DNA of 64,000 nt from Nanobdellota archaeon (GTDB lineage Archaea > Nanobdellota > Nanobdellia > Pacearchaeales > JAHJTO01). Below are positions 1 through 9,496 of the stretch, one piece after another. The notes beneath the pieces were generated by a model. The model saw only the letters and a program-made list of their open reading frames with translations, had not been told where the DNA came from and ran no database searches. Positions within the stretch are counted from its first letter, which is position 1, and each line of letters opens with the position of its first letter. The stretch is from the NCBI GenBank assembly GCA_042572295.1, contig JBHPFA010000002.1:180-64179 (forward strand), given 5' to 3'. Position numbers and translations under genes: made by a program.

Positions 1-660
1 AAGCTTGCTAGAATAGAAGCTCTTGAAAATTGGAAACCAAAAACTAAACTTGGAATGCTAGTTAGGGCTGGAAAAATAAAAGATATTGATGAAATATTTG
101 AAAAAGGATACAAAATTGTTGAACCACAAGTTGTGGATAAACTTTTACCAAATCTCAAAAATGAATTGTTGCTTTTAGGACAATCTAAAGGAAAGTTTGG
201 TGGTGGTAAGAGAAGATTCTGGAAACAAACTCAGAAAAAGACTTCTGAAGGAAATGTACCTCACTTTAGCTGTTTAGCAATAGTTGGAGATCAAAACGGA
301 CACATTGGATTTGGTGTAGGAAAGGCAAAAGAAACACTTCCTGCAAAAGAAAAAGCATTAAGGATTGCTAAGCTTAGCTTAACTCCAATTAAGAGAGGAT
401 GTGGTTCATTTGATTGTACTTGTACTGAAAAACACAGTATCCCTTTCATGATACAAGGTAAAAGGGGAAGTGCTTTGATTAAATTAATGCCTGCTCCTAA
501 AGGAACAGGATTGGTTATAGAGAAGGAATGTAAAAAGATATTGAAATTAGCTGGAATAAAAGATATTTATAGTAAAACTTTTGGACAAAGTAGAACTAAG
601 ATGAATTTAGCAGGAGCTTGTTTTAATTCACTTAAGAATGCTTTGAGGATGAGAGAATGA
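1..660 (+). CDS. rps5: 30S ribosomal protein uS5 (S5P), 5' end cut by window edge
   Basis: Frame 1 is open from base 1 (KLARIEALENWKPKTKLG precedes the ORF-track Met at 55). VGDQNGHIGFGVGKAKE and GSALIKLMPAPKGTGLV are typical uS5. The canonical S5-L30-L15-SecY order follows. Confidence 0.9.
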   Translation, partial: KLARIEALENWKPKTKLGMLVRAGKIKDIDEIFEKGYKIVEPQVVDKLLPNLKNELLLLGQSKGKFGGGKRRFWKQTQKKTSEGNVPHFSCLAIVGDQNGHIGFGVGKAKETLPAKEKALRIAKLSLTPIKRGCGSFDCTCTEKHSIPFMIQGKRGSALIKLMPAPKGTGLVIEKECKKILKLAGIKDIYSKTFGQSRTKMNLAGACFNSLKNALRMRE

Positions 661-1067
661 TAATTGCTGTTAGAATTGCTGGACAAATAAGAGTAAGAAG
701 AACTCAAAAATCTACTCTTGAGTCTCTGATGCTTAAGAGGAAATATACTGCGATAGTTGTTTCCGAGAATGAACTTCCAAGATTAAAAAGTGTTAAAGAT
801 TTGATAACTTTTGGAGAAATCGATGATGAATCTTTGAAGGAATTGGTAATCAAAAGGGGTAAGAAAGGGAAAAAATCAATATCTAATGCTGATGAAATTG
901 TCAAAGGATTAAAAAGTGGAAAGAGACTTAGAGAATTAGGAATAAATCCTTTTTTCACATTGCATCCTCCAAGAGGTGGATTCAAACAAAGTACTAAATT
1001 ACCTTATCCAAATGGAGTTTTAGGTAATAACAAAGATATTTTGAAGCTTGTCAAAAAGATGCTTTAA
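657..1067 (+). CDS. rpl30: 50S ribosomal protein uL30 (L30P)
   Basis: ATGA start/stop overlap with rps5. 136 aa. The N-terminus IAVRIAGQIRVRRTQKSTLESLMLKRKYTAIVV is uL30-like. It sits in the syntenic slot between S5 and L15. Confidence 0.85.
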   Translation: MIIAVRIAGQIRVRRTQKSTLESLMLKRKYTAIVVSENELPRLKSVKDLITFGEIDDESLKELVIKRGKKGKKSISNADEIVKGLKSGKRLRELGINPFFTLHPPRGGFKQSTKLPYPNGVLGNNKDILKLVKKML

Positions 1068-1069
1068 TT

Positions 1070-1513
1070 TTGAAAATGGTAGTAAAAAGAAATAAAAGAT
1101 CAAGGTTGCGTGGAAGCAAAAGTGCTGGACATGGTGCCAAAAAGAAAGGACGTGGCAGTGGTAGCCGTGGTGGAGTTGGTATGGCTGGAACTGGAAAGAA
1201 AGCTGGCCAAAAGTTAAGTTATGTTATGATGAAAATGCCTAAATACCTTGGGAAAAAAGGATTTATTAGGCATGGTACAAAAAAAATCTCATTAAAACCA
1301 ATTAATCTTGGAGATATAAATTTAAAATTAGCAAAATTTGAAAAAGAAGGTGTAGCTAAGAAAACTACTGGTGGATTTGAATTAAACCTATCCAAATACA
1401 AAGTCTTAGCTAAAGGAGACCTTAATCAAAAGATGATTATAACTGCTGGAAGCTTTTCTAAACAAGCAAAAAAGAAAATAGAAGCTAAAGGCGGTAAAGC
1501 ACTCCAAAAATGA
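1070..1513 (+). CDS. rpl15: 50S ribosomal protein uL15 (L15P)
   Basis: Gly/Lys-rich N-terminus RGSKSAGHGAKKKGRGSGSRGGVGMAGTGKK is typical of uL15. The start is TTG 1070 or ATG 1076. It sits in the slot before secY. Confidence 0.85.
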   Translation: MKMVVKRNKRSRLRGSKSAGHGAKKKGRGSGSRGGVGMAGTGKKAGQKLSYVMMKMPKYLGKKGFIRHGTKKISLKPINLGDINLKLAKFEKEGVAKKTTGGFELNLSKYKVLAKGDLNQKMIITAGSFSKQAKKKIEAKGGKALQK

Positions 1514-2841
1514 GTTTAAAAAGAATCTTAGAAAACTTGCCAGAGGTGAAAGGCCCTGCGGAAAAGAAACTTGGATTCAATGTCAAACTTAAGTGGACAT
1601 TGATTATCTTAGCATCTTATTTCGTTCTTGCAAATATCCCTCTTTTCGGACTTGCTTCAAATTCACTTTCAAGATTTGAGTTCTTAGCAATAATTCTTGG
1701 AACTCAGTTTGGTTCAGTTATTTCTTTAGGTATTGGTCCTATTGTTATGGCCTCTATTATATTACAATTGCTTGTAGGGTCTAAGATGCTTAATATTAAT
1801 ATGTCTTCTTCTGAAGGAAAGAAGACTTTCCAAGGATTACAGAAAATATTGATTATTTTCTTTTGTATATTTGAAGCAACAATCTATGTATTAATGAAAG
1901 GATTAGAAGCTGGACCTGGATTTACAGGGATATTAATCTTTCAGCTGTTCCTTGGTGGAATTTTAATTATGTTTATGGATGAAGTAATTAGTAAATGGGG
2001 TTTCGGCTCTGGAGTTAGTTTATTCATCGCAGCAGGAGTTGGATGGCAGTTATTCACAACTGCATTTGGTTTCCTTGGACCTCAGAATACAATAAGTGCT
2101 GTTGGAAGAGTATGGACTTTCTTTGCTTCATTATCTGCAGGAGACACTATTAATGCAACAGTTGCTGCAACTGCAATACTAGCTACAATTTTGGTTTTCT
2201 TAGTAGTTGTATGGGCTCAGGCAATTAAAGTAGAGATCCCCTTGTCTTTTGGAAGAATTAGGGGGTTTGGAATGAGATGGCCTTTAGCATTCTTTTATAC
2301 TTCAAATATTCCAGTAATCTTGACTGCTGCTTTGTTAGCAAATGTACAATTATTTGGAACTTTACTTGAAAACTGGTTAGGGATAAGTGCTGCGTCAGTT
2401 ACTGCTTTTGTCAATCCTCCAAATGTTGTTGAGAATTTGATTAGAGGAAGTTTTAGTGGAGGGATGTTCTTCCAAAGCTTGGTTTACATGGCTTTAATGG
2501 TTGCAGGTTCTATTATGTTTGCAATCTTCTGGGTAAAGACTTCAGGAATGGATGCTTCAAATGTTTCAAATCAGATACTTTCAAGCGGTTTACAGATTCC
2601 TGGATTTAGAAGGGATCCAAGAGTGTTAGAGACTGTTCTAAATAGATATATAATGCCTTTAACAATAATGGGTGGAGCTGCAGTAGGATTGCTTGCAGCA
2701 AGTGCAGATTTGGTTGGAGCATTAGTAAGAGGTACTGGTCTATTATTAGGAGTTATGATTGTTTACAAGCTTTATGAAGAGATTGCACAGCAACATGCAT
2801 ATGATATGTACCCTGCGCTAAGAAAGATAATGGTTAAATAG
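1510..2841 (+). CDS. secY: Preprotein translocase subunit SecY
   Basis: 443-aa polytopic membrane protein in the invariant slot after L15, with a 4-nt overlap. The N-terminal KLGFNVKLKWTLIILASYFVLANIPLFG and C-terminal GTGLLLGVMIVYKLYEE resemble SecY/Sec61-alpha. Confidence 0.95.
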   Translation: MSLKRILENLPEVKGPAEKKLGFNVKLKWTLIILASYFVLANIPLFGLASNSLSRFEFLAIILGTQFGSVISLGIGPIVMASIILQLLVGSKMLNINMSSSEGKKTFQGLQKILIIFFCIFEATIYVLMKGLEAGPGFTGILIFQLFLGGILIMFMDEVISKWGFGSGVSLFIAAGVGWQLFTTAFGFLGPQNTISAVGRVWTFFASLSAGDTINATVAATAILATILVFLVVVWAQAIKVEIPLSFGRIRGFGMRWPLAFFYTSNIPVILTAALLANVQLFGTLLENWLGISAASVTAFVNPPNVVENLIRGSFSGGMFFQSLVYMALMVAGSIMFAIFWVKTSGMDASNVSNQILSSGLQIPGFRRDPRVLETVLNRYIMPLTIMGGAAVGLLAASADLVGALVRGTGLLLGVMIVYKLYEEIAQQHAYDMYPALRKIMVK

Positions 2842-2868
2842 TGTATTAACTGATTATATTTAATTAAA

Positions 2869-3327
2869 ATGGTTATAGGAATTATTGAGACTTACCCCTT
2901 ATGGAGTTTATTAGTCTTATCTTTCTTAATTACATTAGGCCTTACACTTTCTTATAAAAAATTCTCTAATCAAAAAGAGATCAAAGCTTCAAAAGCAAGA
3001 ATAAAAGAGCTACAAAACCAGATAAAAGAAGAAAAAGATCAAGAAAAGGTAATGGCCTTACAAAAAGACATGTTGCAGATAAATATGGAGCATTTGAAGC
3101 ACAGTATGAAGCCAATGATGGTCACTTTCTTGCCATTAATCCTTATTTTTTGGTGGTTGAGAACCACTTTCATACCTTTTGGAGTATTGATTGATTATAA
3201 CTGGGGAATTCCTGGATTTTGTTTTATTTTCAAAGGAATATGTGATGGGGCTGGATGGTTTGTAGTTTATATATTCTCAAGCATGTTTTTTAATATCACT
3301 CTAAGAAAAGTGTTAAAAGTTCAATAA
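2869..3327 (+). CDS. DUF106/EMC3-type membrane protein (archaeal Oxa1-superfamily insertase candidate)
   Basis: 152 aa with a TM - charged coiled coil (KARIKELQNQIKEEKDQEKVMALQKDMLQINMEHLKHSMKPMM) - TM topology. This family usually follows secY/adk in archaea. Confidence 0.6.
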   Translation: MVIGIIETYPLWSLLVLSFLITLGLTLSYKKFSNQKEIKASKARIKELQNQIKEEKDQEKVMALQKDMLQINMEHLKHSMKPMMVTFLPLILIFWWLRTTFIPFGVLIDYNWGIPGFCFIFKGICDGAGWFVVYIFSSMFFNITLRKVLKVQ

Positions 3328-3328
3328 A

Positions 3329-3724
3329 ATGGAAAAAGACGATATGCAAAGCAAGATTTTTGAAATAAGTATGTTAGAGAACAAGCTCAAACAATTAGAT
3401 CAACAACTTAACATGATTGAGCAGCAAATAGCTGAGGATCAAAGATTAGAAGAGAATCTAAAGGATCTTAAGAATAATGAAAAATCTGACGCAATCTTAC
3501 CATTAGGTGGAGGAATATTTGCCCGTGGGAGTTTGAATAAGACTGATAAGCTGCTTGTTAATATAGGGGCAGGCATACTTTCAGAAAAAAGTCTTGATGA
3601 AGCCAGAGAAGGAGTTGGTAAGAGAAAAGATAGACTATTGGAGGCTAAAGAAGAACTAGGAAAGCAGATGCAAAAAATAGTCTTAACAATGTCAGATTTA
3701 GAAAAAACAATTAAAGGCAATTAA
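3329..3724 (+). CDS. pfdA: Prefoldin alpha subunit
   Basis: 131 aa. Two heptad-rich helices flank a beta-hairpin core, AILPLGGGIFARGSLNKTDKLLVNIGAGILSEKSLDEA, which is the prefoldin-alpha pattern. Confidence 0.6.
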   Translation: MEKDDMQSKIFEISMLENKLKQLDQQLNMIEQQIAEDQRLEENLKDLKNNEKSDAILPLGGGIFARGSLNKTDKLLVNIGAGILSEKSLDEAREGVGKRKDRLLEAKEELGKQMQKIVLTMSDLEKTIKGN

Positions 3725-4590
3725 ATTAATTCTTTGAATAATGAGGAAGCATCAATAGATGATTTCTTTGATTGTATTGTGTTTGTACAAAAAATCTTGT
3801 CTACTCCTGCTTTTTTGAGTTTAGATAATGCATTTTCTACAAAAATTCCGTGAACGCAAACAAGTGAAATCGAAGATGCACCTTTCTTTTTAAGAAGTTT
3901 TGCAGTTTCTGCAATTGTGTAACCAGTACTTACTACATCATCTATGATTACCACTTTTTTATCCTTAAAATTAAATTTAGGCATAGAAATCTTGACTTTT
4001 CTCGACGAGAAACGCTCTTTTCTTAAAACAAAGAAAGGAAAGCCTATTTCTTTAGATATTGCGCTAACCCACTGATGAGATTCAATATCTGGGCCTATTA
4101 ATGTGTGATTTGGAAAACTTTTTTTGATAAATCTAGCCAATAAAGATGTTGCATGTATAACTTTTGTTTTTGTTTTGAAAATTTGATTTAATTTTTTGAT
4201 CCTATGTAAATGAGGATCGATTGTTGTCAATGAATCTGCACAATCAAGTAGTTTTGCCATGATTCTGCTTGAAACTGCTTCTCCTGGATTAAAACGTTTA
4301 TCTTGTCTCATAAAAGCCAAGTAAGGAACAAAAACATGGACCTTCTTTGCTCCAAGATCTTTAGCAGTTTTTATTGCTAATAGAAGTTCTAATAAAGATT
4401 TGTTAGGGTTTGGATATAATGATTGTACAAGGAAGACTTCTTTTCCTTTAACTTCTTTAATAAATCTTAGATAGAGTTCTCCATCTGGAAAATTTTTAAT
4501 TTTTATCTGAGAATAAGTAAGATTGCTATGCTTTGCTATTGACTTGGCTAAAGAACCTGAATTAGATAATCCAAACACAATTTTTTTCAT
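3721..4590 (-). CDS. prs: Ribose-phosphate pyrophosphokinase (PRPP synthetase)
   Basis: 289 aa. Contains DGELYLRF and the PRPP-binding loop KVVIIDDVVSTGYTIAETAKLLK. Confidence 0.85.
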   Translation of the reverse strand: MKKIVFGLSNSGSLAKSIAKHSNLTYSQIKIKNFPDGELYLRFIKEVKGKEVFLVQSLYPNPNKSLLELLLAIKTAKDLGAKKVHVFVPYLAFMRQDKRFNPGEAVSSRIMAKLLDCADSLTTIDPHLHRIKKLNQIFKTKTKVIHATSLLARFIKKSFPNHTLIGPDIESHQWVSAISKEIGFPFFVLRKERFSSRKVKISMPKFNFKDKKVVIIDDVVSTGYTIAETAKLLKKKGASSISLVCVHGIFVENALSKLKKAGVDKIFCTNTIQSKKSSIDASSLFKELI

Positions 4591-4689
4591 TATAATCCTC
4601 TTTTTGATGAATTAATCAGTAAAAAGAGATATATAAAAGTTATTAGAGTTTTCAAAAACCTTTTTATAGCTCATTATCGATATAATGAA

Positions 4690-5550
4690 ATGTTAGAGAT
4701 GTTATTAGATCCTAGAAGGGCAGAGAGGAAACCTTGGGAATTATTCTTTATAGGAATGCTTTATGCAGGACTATCTTTGCTTCTTGCAAACTGGCTTTTT
4801 GCAGGGAATCCAGTGTTTGCAAAACACATTAGCATCCTTACAATAACCTTTACTGTTATGTTTAGCCTACCATTCTTTTATTTTATTATAAAATTAGAAG
4901 AAAGAAAAAGTTATAGGGGTGAAAGAAAGAGTTTCATTGGAGAGCATGGTAATGCTTTATCTGCGTTAATGTGGCTCTTCTTGGGTTTTGTTGTTGCTTA
5001 TTCTTTTGTATATATTGCCTTTCCAGAAATATCTGGAGAAACTTTTTCGGCACAAATTGAACAATACTGTAGCATTAACATGCCCTCTCAAATAGATCAG
5101 TGTGTTGACAGTTTTATAACTGGGAATTATGGATTAACAGGAGGAGCTAGTACAACTAAAGACTATGCAATGAGTATTTTTGTAAATAATATTTATGTCC
5201 TAATTTTCAGTATTCTTTTCTCTTTAATTTTTGGTGCAGGGGCGATATTTATTCTTGCATGGAATGCTAGTGTAATTGCTGCTGCAATAGGCATATTTGC
5301 CCAATCTTCACTTGCTAATTTTCCGGTAGCCTTGTCTAGATATATGATTCATGGCCTTCCAGAGATAGGCAGTTACTTTGTTGCAGCCCTGGCTGGAGGA
5401 ATAATAGGGGTTGCATTAATAAGGCATGAAGTTAATAGTAAGAAATTTTGGGATACTATGCGAGATTCCTTTAATTTGATTCTAATAGCCATAGGATTGT
5501 TGATTATTGGAGTTTTAATTGAAGCATTTGTGACTCCTAAGCTATTTTGA
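4690..5550 (+). CDS. SpoIIM/DUF95-family integral membrane protein
   Basis: 286 aa, multi-TM. LIFGAGAIFILAWNASVIAAAIG and HGLPEIGSYFVAALAGG resemble the stage II sporulation protein M family. Confidence 0.55.
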   Translation: MLEMLLDPRRAERKPWELFFIGMLYAGLSLLLANWLFAGNPVFAKHISILTITFTVMFSLPFFYFIIKLEERKSYRGERKSFIGEHGNALSALMWLFLGFVVAYSFVYIAFPEISGETFSAQIEQYCSINMPSQIDQCVDSFITGNYGLTGGASTTKDYAMSIFVNNIYVLIFSILFSLIFGAGAIFILAWNASVIAAAIGIFAQSSLANFPVALSRYMIHGLPEIGSYFVAALAGGIIGVALIRHEVNSKKFWDTMRDSFNLILIAIGLLIIGVLIEAFVTPKLF

Positions 5551-5602
5551 GCATATCTAAAATTTACATAATCTTTATAAATAAAAAGGTGTTTTATTTT
5601 AA

Positions 5603-5767
5603 ATGGCTTATGTTTGTAACCAATGCAATTATAAATTCACTTCTAGTAAACCTTTTCCTCCTAAAAAATGCCCCTATTGTTCTGTAGCAGGAAGTGTAAA
5701 AGCAGAAGTTAGTGCTTCAGACCTACTTAAAGAAGTTGAAGACCTTGTTGAGAAGGATAGAATTTAG
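5603..5767 (+). CDS. Small zinc-ribbon protein (54 aa), absent from the ORF track
   Basis: My own translation runs from ATG 5603 to TAG 5765-5767: MAYVCNQCNYKFTSSKPFPPKKCPYCSVAGSVKAEVSASDLLKEVEDLVEKDRI. It has a CxxC-x14-CxxC pattern. A TATA-like CTTTATAAATA lies about 25 nt upstream. Confidence 0.45.
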   Translation: MAYVCNQCNYKFTSSKPFPPKKCPYCSVAGSVKAEVSASDLLKEVEDLVEKDRI

Positions 5768-5857
5768 ATAGTTAACTTTTTAAATCAGTTTTCTAGTCCT
5801 CTATTATAGATAATGGCGTTGCTAAGGATTTAAAAGCTAAAATATCTAAGATTAAAG

Positions 5858-8515
5858 ATGAATGAAGAGGAGCAAATTCTTGAAGAAAGGAAGAAAAAAG
5901 TAGTTACCTTTTTACAGCAAAAAAAGGAATGGATATACTATTTAGGGCTGGCAATAGTGACTTGGTTTGGAGCCATATTCATAAGAACAGCCAATATTGA
6001 TAAATTAAAGGATGTGACTGGAGGATGGACTCTTGCCCCAGATCTTGACCCTTACTTATTCTTAAGATGGGCTGGAGATATAGTTAGTAAAGGTAGCCTG
6101 CCAGCAATAGACATGATGAGGTACTTTCCTTTAGGATATGAAACTGCTGGAGAATTACCCCTTGTTCCTTATGGGATTGCCTATATTCATAAATTCTTAA
6201 CTTTATTCTCAAGCAATATAGACATATATTATTCTGCAATTATATTTCCAGTAGTTTTCTTTGCAGGAATGACTGTTGTCTTCTTTTTACTTGTTAGGAG
6301 AATTTTTAGGAACTATAAATTTTCAGATTTAACTGCCCTAATAGCTACAGCAATTTTTGTAGTTATTCCTGGTTTCATACATAGAACTGTTGCAGGAGTT
6401 CCAGAAAAGGAGAGCATTGGTTTCTTTTTTATGTTCCTAGCACTTTATTTTATGGTTGTTGCTTGGCAGCAAAAAGAATGGAAAAGGGCCGGATTGTTTG
6501 GATTATTGGCAGGACTTTCGACTGGTTTAATGGGGCTAGCTTGGGGAGGAGTTACATTTCCAATTGTAATTATTTCATTAGCTGCTTTTGTTTACTTTTT
6601 TACTGCAGGTAGTGATAAATTAAAATTCTTAACATACTTTGGGTGGATTGTAGGATTTACTGCATTATTGCTACCCCATGCGCGTTATGGTACTGGCCTT
6701 TTCATGTCTACAACAAGTGGTTTTTCTTATTTTGTATTAGCTCTTTATTTTGTTCATTTAATTATATTTAAAACAAATATTAAATCAAAATTAAATCTTA
6801 ATGAAACAAGAATTCCCAAAAAGCTTATTTCATTATTAACAATATTAGTTTTAGGATTATTAGTAGTCTTAATCTTAATGCCCCAAGTGATTGGAGGAGT
6901 AGCCAATGATGCTTATACACAATTGGTTAAACCTTTTGAAGGCAATAGATTCACAGTTACTGTTGCTGAAAACAATCGTCCTTTTTTTAATTCTTGGAAA
7001 GGATCTTTTGGAGCCTTCTTTTGGGTATTCTTTTTTGGATCAATCTTGCTTTTTTATGAAGGCTTAAAATATTTAAAATCTAAAGATAAAAATTGGTTAA
7101 CAGTAGCTTTTTCATTAATGTTATTTGGAGTTGTTTTTACAAGGATTAAACCAGATTCTATATTGAATGGGTCTAGTCCCCTGAGTGTATTTTTATTTAT
7201 AGGGAGTATGCTGTTATTTTTGGCAGGGTTATTTTACTTTTATTTTAAAGAAAAGGAAGATGCCACTATAGATGCAGGATTAATCTTAGCATTGGCATGG
7301 GTATTCTTTGGTTTGATATCTGCTAGAGGAGCTATCCGTCTTTTGTACTTTGTCTATCCAATTGTTGCATTGGTCGGTTCTTTTGCTACAGTGATAATTA
7401 GTAAAAAATTCTTTGAAATAAAAGACGAAGCGGGTAAAGTGATTATTGGAGTTTTAGCAATAACTATGATTCTAATCTCTTGTTGGAGTGTTTACACTTA
7501 TTCTCAATCTTCTTATAATGAAGTTGCTTATGGTAGTGTCCCTTCTGTATATAACGTTCAATGGCAAAAAGCTATGGGATGGGTTAGAGAAAATACCTCT
7601 GAAGATGCTGTTTTTGCACATTGGTGGGATTATGGTTATTGGGTACAAACCATTGGAGAAAGGGCCACAGTACTGGATGGGGGAAATAGCATTGTTTATT
7701 GGGATCATTTGCTTGGAAGACATGTGCTTACTGGAGAAACTGAAAAAGAAGCTTTTGAATTCTTGAAAACTCATGACGCAACTCATTTATTAATTGATTC
7801 TACAGACATCGGAAAATACTCTGCTTATAGTAGCATTGGATCAGACGAAAATTATGATAGATATAGCTATATTGCAACTTTCAATAATGATCCAAGTGCG
7901 ACACAAGAAAGAAGAAATGAAACATTGTTTGTTTTAAATGGTGGAGCAGTACTCGACGAAGATATTATTTGGAAAGACAAAATTTTTGCAGGAGGATCTG
8001 CAGGTATAGCTGGATTTATTTTACCTATTGAAAACAAAGAAAATGATTCATTATATGACAGATTAAAACAACCACAGGCAGTTATTGTGGATAAGGGTCA
8101 ACAATTACAAGTTCCAATTAAATGTGCTTATTTGGGTGAAAAGAAAATTTTTGAAGGAGAAGGGATAGATGGATGTATCTATCTAATTCCAAGCGTGACT
8201 AATCAAGGGATGCAAAATATAGGGGCAGGATTATGGTTAAGCCCTAGATTAATGAAATCATTACTTATCAAATTATATCTATTTGATGAAGGAGAAGACA
8301 TAAAATTAGCACACACTGAGAATCATCCAGTTATAGATGAATTAAACACTAATTATAACTTAAACTTGCAAGGAATAGCTTTGGTTAATGGAGGGTTAAT
8401 TGGCCCTATAAAGATCTGGGAATTAGACTATCCAGAAGATATTGAGACGAACCCAGAATATTTAGAAAGAGACTATCCAGAAGACAAACCAGGTTTATGG
8501 CAGGTGGGAAGATGA
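5858..8515 (+). CDS. aglB: Oligosaccharyltransferase AglB (STT3 family, GT-C)
   Basis: 885 aa, with a polytopic N-terminal half and a soluble C-terminal domain. The catalytic WWDYG motif is present as HWWDYGYWVQT. Confidence 0.9.
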   Translation: MNEEEQILEERKKKVVTFLQQKKEWIYYLGLAIVTWFGAIFIRTANIDKLKDVTGGWTLAPDLDPYLFLRWAGDIVSKGSLPAIDMMRYFPLGYETAGELPLVPYGIAYIHKFLTLFSSNIDIYYSAIIFPVVFFAGMTVVFFLLVRRIFRNYKFSDLTALIATAIFVVIPGFIHRTVAGVPEKESIGFFFMFLALYFMVVAWQQKEWKRAGLFGLLAGLSTGLMGLAWGGVTFPIVIISLAAFVYFFTAGSDKLKFLTYFGWIVGFTALLLPHARYGTGLFMSTTSGFSYFVLALYFVHLIIFKTNIKSKLNLNETRIPKKLISLLTILVLGLLVVLILMPQVIGGVANDAYTQLVKPFEGNRFTVTVAENNRPFFNSWKGSFGAFFWVFFFGSILLFYEGLKYLKSKDKNWLTVAFSLMLFGVVFTRIKPDSILNGSSPLSVFLFIGSMLLFLAGLFYFYFKEKEDATIDAGLILALAWVFFGLISARGAIRLLYFVYPIVALVGSFATVIISKKFFEIKDEAGKVIIGVLAITMILISCWSVYTYSQSSYNEVAYGSVPSVYNVQWQKAMGWVRENTSEDAVFAHWWDYGYWVQTIGERATVLDGGNSIVYWDHLLGRHVLTGETEKEAFEFLKTHDATHLLIDSTDIGKYSAYSSIGSDENYDRYSYIATFNNDPSATQERRNETLFVLNGGAVLDEDIIWKDKIFAGGSAGIAGFILPIENKENDSLYDRLKQPQAVIVDKGQQLQVPIKCAYLGEKKIFEGEGIDGCIYLIPSVTNQGMQNIGAGLWLSPRLMKSLLIKLYLFDEGEDIKLAHTENHPVIDELNTNYNLNLQGIALVNGGLIGPIKIWELDYPEDIETNPEYLERDYPEDKPGLWQVGR

Positions 8516-9495
8516 TGATACCAATAACAATCTTTTTAATAAGCTTTTTAGCGACCTTTATTTCATTACCTTATCTTATAAGATACTTAAAAAGAACAGG
8601 ATTGGCAGTAAAAGACCAAAATAAAAAGAACAAACCTTTAATCCCTTTTTCTGGAGGACTTTCAGTCATGGGAGGAATATTTTTTGGCCTTGTAGCCTAT
8701 ATCTTTACTAGGACTTTTTTTTATCAAGACTCAACGACTCTTCTTGCCTTTTTTGCAGCAATAACCACCATCTTATTGATCACTTTGGTAGGATTCATAG
8801 ATGATTCAATAGTCAAGAAAAATAAAGAGTCCTCTGCTGGACTAAAGCAATGGCAAAAACCTTTACTTACATTAATTGCAGCTCTTCCTTTGATAATAAT
8901 AAACGCTGGTACTACAAAGATGGCCATTCCATTTATAGGAGTTATCGATTTCGGAGTACTTTATCCACTGTTAATTGTACCAATAATAGTCCTAATAGCG
9001 GCAAATATGGTTAATCTACTTGCAGGATTTAATGGATTGGAATCTGGAATGGGGATTGTTTATGTGGGAATGTTAGGATTGTATGCTGCTTACAATCAAA
9101 GATTTATTGCAGCAGTTATTGCTTGGGCAACCTTTGCTGCTTTACTTGCGTTTTTAAGATTTAACTGGACCCCTGCAAAAATACTCCCTGGAGATTCACT
9201 CACTTATTTGCTTGGAGGAGTTTTAGCATGTATTGCTATTTTGGGGAACATGGAAAAAGCTGTAGGAATAATAGCTATCCCTTTTGCTATAGAATTTTTC
9301 TTAAAATCGAGAAGCAAATTTAAAGCGCACTCTTTTGGAAAATATAAAAATGGAAAAATAATCTCTTTAAATGATAAAAAAGTGCACTCTTTAACACACC
9401 TATTTACCAATAGTGGAAAGTTCACAGAAAAACAAATAGTTGTTTCTTTCATACTTTTTGAATTTATCTTCTCCCTTTTAATTTGGATAATATAG
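8497..9495 (+). CDS. Polyprenyl-phosphate HexNAc-1-phosphate transferase (MraY/WecA/GPT family; AglH-like)
   Basis: 332 aa, polytopic. GFIDDS and AANMVNLLAGFNGLESG are signature motifs of this family. It overlaps the aglB 3' end; ATG 8512 is an alternative start. Confidence 0.8.
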   Translation: MAGGKMMIPITIFLISFLATFISLPYLIRYLKRTGLAVKDQNKKNKPLIPFSGGLSVMGGIFFGLVAYIFTRTFFYQDSTTLLAFFAAITTILLITLVGFIDDSIVKKNKESSAGLKQWQKPLLTLIAALPLIIINAGTTKMAIPFIGVIDFGVLYPLLIVPIIVLIAANMVNLLAGFNGLESGMGIVYVGMLGLYAAYNQRFIAAVIAWATFAALLAFLRFNWTPAKILPGDSLTYLLGGVLACIAILGNMEKAVGIIAIPFAIEFFLKSRSKFKAHSFGKYKNGKIISLNDKKVHSLTHLFTNSGKFTEKQIVVSFILFEFIFSLLIWII

Positions 9496-9496
9496 G

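Noticed and set aside
1-6. The window begins with AAGCTT (a HindIII site), which could hint at a clone boundary.
   Set aside because: AAGCTT also occurs repeatedly inside the window (e.g. within rps5 and rpl30), so it carries no information about cloning or biology.
2842-2868. Absence of adenylate kinase (and cytidylate kinase) between secY and the DUF106 gene, where many archaea carry adk/cmk.
   Set aside because: Absence from this slot says nothing about absence from the genome. It cannot be evaluated from one window.
7472-7786. A pair of overlapping ORFs (7472-7786 minus, 7488-7766 plus) within aglB.
   Set aside because: Both lie inside the AglB coding frame, which carries the WWDYG catalytic motif in this very region. 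They are frame artefacts.
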